In this document: positions 60,524-64,000 of the stretch, piece by piece | Numbering within the stretch: position 1 is the stretch's first letter | Layout: every line of letters starts with the position of its first letter | Origin: Macrostomum lignano | Lineage: Eukaryota | Length of the DNA: 64,000 bases | Direction of reading: 5' to 3' | Assembly (NCBI GenBank): GCA_002269645.1 | Contig: NIVC01002683.1 | Span: forward strand, 85,998 to 149,997 | The notes under the pieces: generated by a model | The model's database searches: none | Told to the model about the DNA's origin: nothing | What the model saw: the letters and a program-made list of their open reading frames with translations, nothing else | Position numbers and translations under genes: made by a program

Positions 60524-62025
60524 ATGAGTCATCAAAGCAGCGCAGATCAGCCAAGTTCTGGCGCAGCCTCCGCAAAATGCTCCATCTGCAACCAATCCGC
60601 AGTTGGTGTAGGTCCATTGTCAGGCTGTCACCTCTGCGACCGGCATCTTGAATTAGATGTGTCTCAAAAAGTGAAACTAGTTGTTGCTGAGCAGAGGCGC
60701 GCCTACTTGCGAGAGAGGCAAAATCCAGGTGCAACCAGCAGTGCATCAAATGCAACGGAACCAGAATCTGAAGTTGCGCGTTTGCGCCGGGAAATCTGTC
60801 GGAATCTGTTGCGGTGAATCACAGATTCGATTTGGTACAGCAAGGCGTCGAATCGTTACGTGGCAGGGTGACGGGCCAGCTTGAAGGTCTGCTCGGGGCA
60901 GTGCAAAATGAACAGCAGCAGGCAGCTGATACTCATAATTTGGTGGAGCTGTTTGAGTTAATGCAGTCTATGAATGTTCCGCATGCTAGTTTAGATACAA
61001 GCTTTGAGACTAATTCGCTTGGAGAGCAAACTAACGAGTTGAAACTGCAGCTGCGGCTTCTAGGACAGCTCGAGCGGCTGGTTGGTATTTTTTCAGGGCG
61101 CAATGAATTTCACGTTGAATTGGAGGCGAGCAGATCCTACACGAGCGAGGTGAAGCTCAATGGTCTTATTGAGTGGCTGGCTGTGTGCAGCGACACCAGC
61201 GGATTCTTTGGTGACCCGTCAGGCCGTGTGGTTCGCGGAAATTCTGTTAATCAAGAAAATGTGCCTCTGTCTCAGCCATGCGTCTTTGCGCTAATAAATC
61301 ATTTAGAGGATCATCTTCTAGTGGTCTCGCTAGACGGCTCACAGAAGCTGCGGTGCTACTGTGACCTACAAGACTGGAATGGCAACATCTGCGGCCTTCA
61401 CTGCGACCGTCAGCTGCTGTTCATTGCTCAGAATGACACAGTGACAGTGACGGACTTGAGCGGTCGCGCATTGCGTCAAATTCGTCCAGACATCGAGAGC
61501 TTCGGCAAAATTAATGGAATCGGCGGCGACGCAGCCTCCGTGTTTGTGTCCAGTGGAAACAAAATTGCTGCATTCAGCAAAGCGACTGGTCAGATGGAGA
61601 CGGTCATCACGCTGTCTCAGCTTCCTCATGCTGATCTGGGAAATCTGACGACTCACGACAACTGCATTTTGGTGACAGACTGGAATGCACATCAAGTGCA
61701 CAGAGTGCGCATCGACACTGAACAGCTGGTCGCCTCACTGCCGAATCCAAGTGGCAATATTCGTCAGTTTGGTCACCTTAAAGATGTGGCCGTCGACCGG
61801 AGAGGCCGGCTATTCATTAGTGAATGGAAGGGTCACTCAGTGCGAGCTTTGACTGTTGACGACGGGTTGCTGCTGTGGTCTATGGGGACTCCTGGCGAGA
61901 GCGGCCGCGGCGAGGGCAGCCTTGAATATCCTTGCGGTCTGTCAATGCTGACGGATAGTCATTGCGAGCGTCTTGTGATAGCTGACTATTATCACAGCCG
62001 ATTGCTGATTGTTAATGTTCATTAA
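60524..62025 (+). CDS. Zinc-finger (B-box-like)/coiled-coil/NHL-repeat protein split by one frameshift near 60772-60817
   Basis: CSIC...CHLCDRH, then a helical region, then NHL motifs (LKDVAVDRRGRLFISEW; GTPG...SLEYPCGL...LVIADYYHSRL); two ORFs overlap at GTGA in different frames. Confidence 0.65.
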
Positions 62026-62342
62026 CACCGTGGTTTTTAAAAAAAGTTTTAGTGCTCAGAACTGCAATTTATGGTCAGAAATATTGCTAATCTAGTACAG
62101 TATTAATATGTTACTCCTGGCAAACAGCTGTAAGTATATTTAAATATTTCGAAAACGAGTACCATATGTTGCCGTCTGTCTCTCGGTTGACCGCACTCTG
62201 CCATAACTAAAATCATCACCGGAAATCAAAGTGTCAGAAATCAAGGTCCGTAGCGAGAATTCTTGCTTTTGAAATTCTCTACTTGATTAGGTTTTAACCA
62301 GAGAGAAGAGCCTTAAACCGCTGGGTATTGCAAGCTGCCCAC

Positions 62343-62800
62343 TATTGCTTTTGTCAGCCTAACTGAGAGTGGAGCCGTCCAAAGTGAGAGTCCTGCCTGC
62401 GCTGACTGCGAAGGGCCTGGCTGCGTGCAGCCTTAGTCTATGGGCCATAGACAATAAAGGACAAGCAAAGTGATAAAAAGCCATCCAATGTGAGAATCGA
62501 TTGGTCTATGCGTCATATTCTTTTATTTTTATACCTTCTGAGCTTCTGAGCCATATGAGTAGCCAATCCTAGCTTATACTTTATAGTCTATGGCTCATAG
62601 ACTAGGCTGGACGCAGCCAGGCCCTTCGTATTCAGCGTAGGCAGGATTCTCACATTGGATGGCTTTTTATCACTTTGCTTGTCCTTTATTGTCTATGGCC
62701 CGTAGACTGGGGCTGCACGCGGCCGGGCCCTTCGCAGTCGGCGTGGACAGGATTCTCACTTTGGATGGCTTTATTCTCAGTTAGGCTGACAAAACCAATA
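62343..62800. mobile_element. Foldback MITE
   Basis: TATTG(C/G)TTTTGTCAGCCTAACTGAGA TIR, with mirrored internal blocks (GTCTATGGGCCATAGACAATAAAGGACAAGC). Confidence 0.78.
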
Positions 62801-63484
62801 CTACATGTTAATTAAGGGCACTACTCTGTTACGGTATCAACGCGACTGGCTTTACGCAAAAGTACACTATTGAGATATGAATTGTTCATTTATCCAGGGA
62901 CAAAATGCTGCCGACTTTTTGTTTGAATCGTAGATAATAAAGTATGATTTTGTTGGCAGGGTTTTTTAAAGCACGAAACTCCCAATATCTCACCTGGACT
63001 TTTGAATTCCAATTGAAGCAAGTGTATATTTTTTTCGCGATGCGCTCACCAGTTGTAACCAAGCTACTCGTATTTTATTTCACAAAGTGCTACCGGAGAC
63101 TTACAAACAAGCGAATTTGATTTCCTATCTTTTTAGTGTATTTTTTCTAGACCGAACATGTCTATGGCCAAACCCCATTCAGCGCTGTGCAAAAAAGCAG
63201 ATATTTGCGAAATCCGTTTAAAAATTCAAATCTGTAATTCGAGCTTTGTCACTCTGAAGCAATACTTTTTAAATAAATTAAAGGTTCATCGACGAATACT
63301 ACACATGTTTATCCATGATTGCAAACAGCTTAAATGCATAATACATTTATGCATAATACATTATGCATAATACATTAAAAAAATACATTATTTTTTTAAT
63401 AAAACTTATCTGTTGCTTGCCATTCGAGCTAGATAAATTTATAAAATACCTTGAAATGTATTTCATTTTTTTAAGTACAGGCTG

Positions 63485-64000
63485 GATTACTTGTGTGAAT
63501 GCAACTGAAACAGTTGTGTGAATTCTGATTAGACAGTTATTTGAATTCAGATTAGACAGTTATGAATTCAGATTAGACAGTTATTTGAATTCAGATTAGA
63601 CAGTTGTGTGAATGTAGATTAAACGTTTCTGTGAATATGTAGATTAAACAGTTGTGTGAATTTAGATTAAACATTTCTGTGAATATGTAGATTAAACAGT
63701 TGTGTGAATTTAGATTAAACATTTCTGTGAATTTAGATTAAACAGTTGAGTGAATGTAGATTAAACAGTTGTGTGAATGTAGATTAAACATTTCTGTGAA
63801 TATGTAGATTAAACATTTCTGTGAATATGTAGATTAAACAGTTCTGTGAATATTTAGATTAAACATTTCTGTGAATTCAGAATAAACTGTTGTGTAAATT
63901 TGGATTAAAAAGTTGTGTGAATTCAGAATAAACATTTGTGTGAATGCAGAATAGACAGTTGTGTGAATTCAGATAATCAAGACAGTTGCATATTATCATT
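63485..64000. repeat. Degenerate ~22-24-bp minisatellite (GATTAAACAGTTGTGTGAATTTA)
   Basis: Direct reading; may run past the window edge. Confidence 0.88.

Noticed and set aside
60804-60824. GTGAATCACAG as an 11-nt intron repairing the NHL gene frameshift
   Set aside because: Far below plausible spliceosomal intron length

Overview
Eukaryotic, repeat-rich animal DNA with GC-rich exons, AT-rich intergenic sequence, spliceosomal GT-AG introns and many mini/microsatellites. The style resembles a free-living flatworm such as Macrostomum, but that is inference only. Seven host genes are supported: SEM1/DSS1 (6.0 kb), an SFT2-family protein (10.3 kb), a 5-exon ILK-like gene (18.1-22.7 kb), a RASL10-like small GTPase (24.2-24.9 kb, minus), a 3-exon FAM8A1-like gene (51.5-54.6 kb), an RSU1-like LRR gene (56.0-58.1 kb) and a frameshifted zinc-finger/coiled-coil/NHL gene (60.5-62.0 kb). 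The largest mobile element is a 12.1-kb Mutator/NOF-like foldback transposon (30970-43064; ~930-bp TIRs, 9-bp TSD). Its spliced gene appears to fuse a DDE transposase to a Ulp1-like protease and a PHD finger, and a second ORF faces it. Other mobile DNA includes a palindromic Penelope-like insertion with hammerhead-ribozyme motifs nested in a hAT MITE, two decayed RTE-like LINE copies, several MITEs, and two dispersed 28S-rRNA-derived fragments spanning the R2 target site. Notable oddities are an in-frame UGA ahead of a conserved C-terminal tail in RASL10, a CUG at the expected start position of RSU1, and a branch-point-like (ACTA)n microsatellite before an ILK acceptor. All homology calls were made by eye from remembered family motifs; no searches were run.
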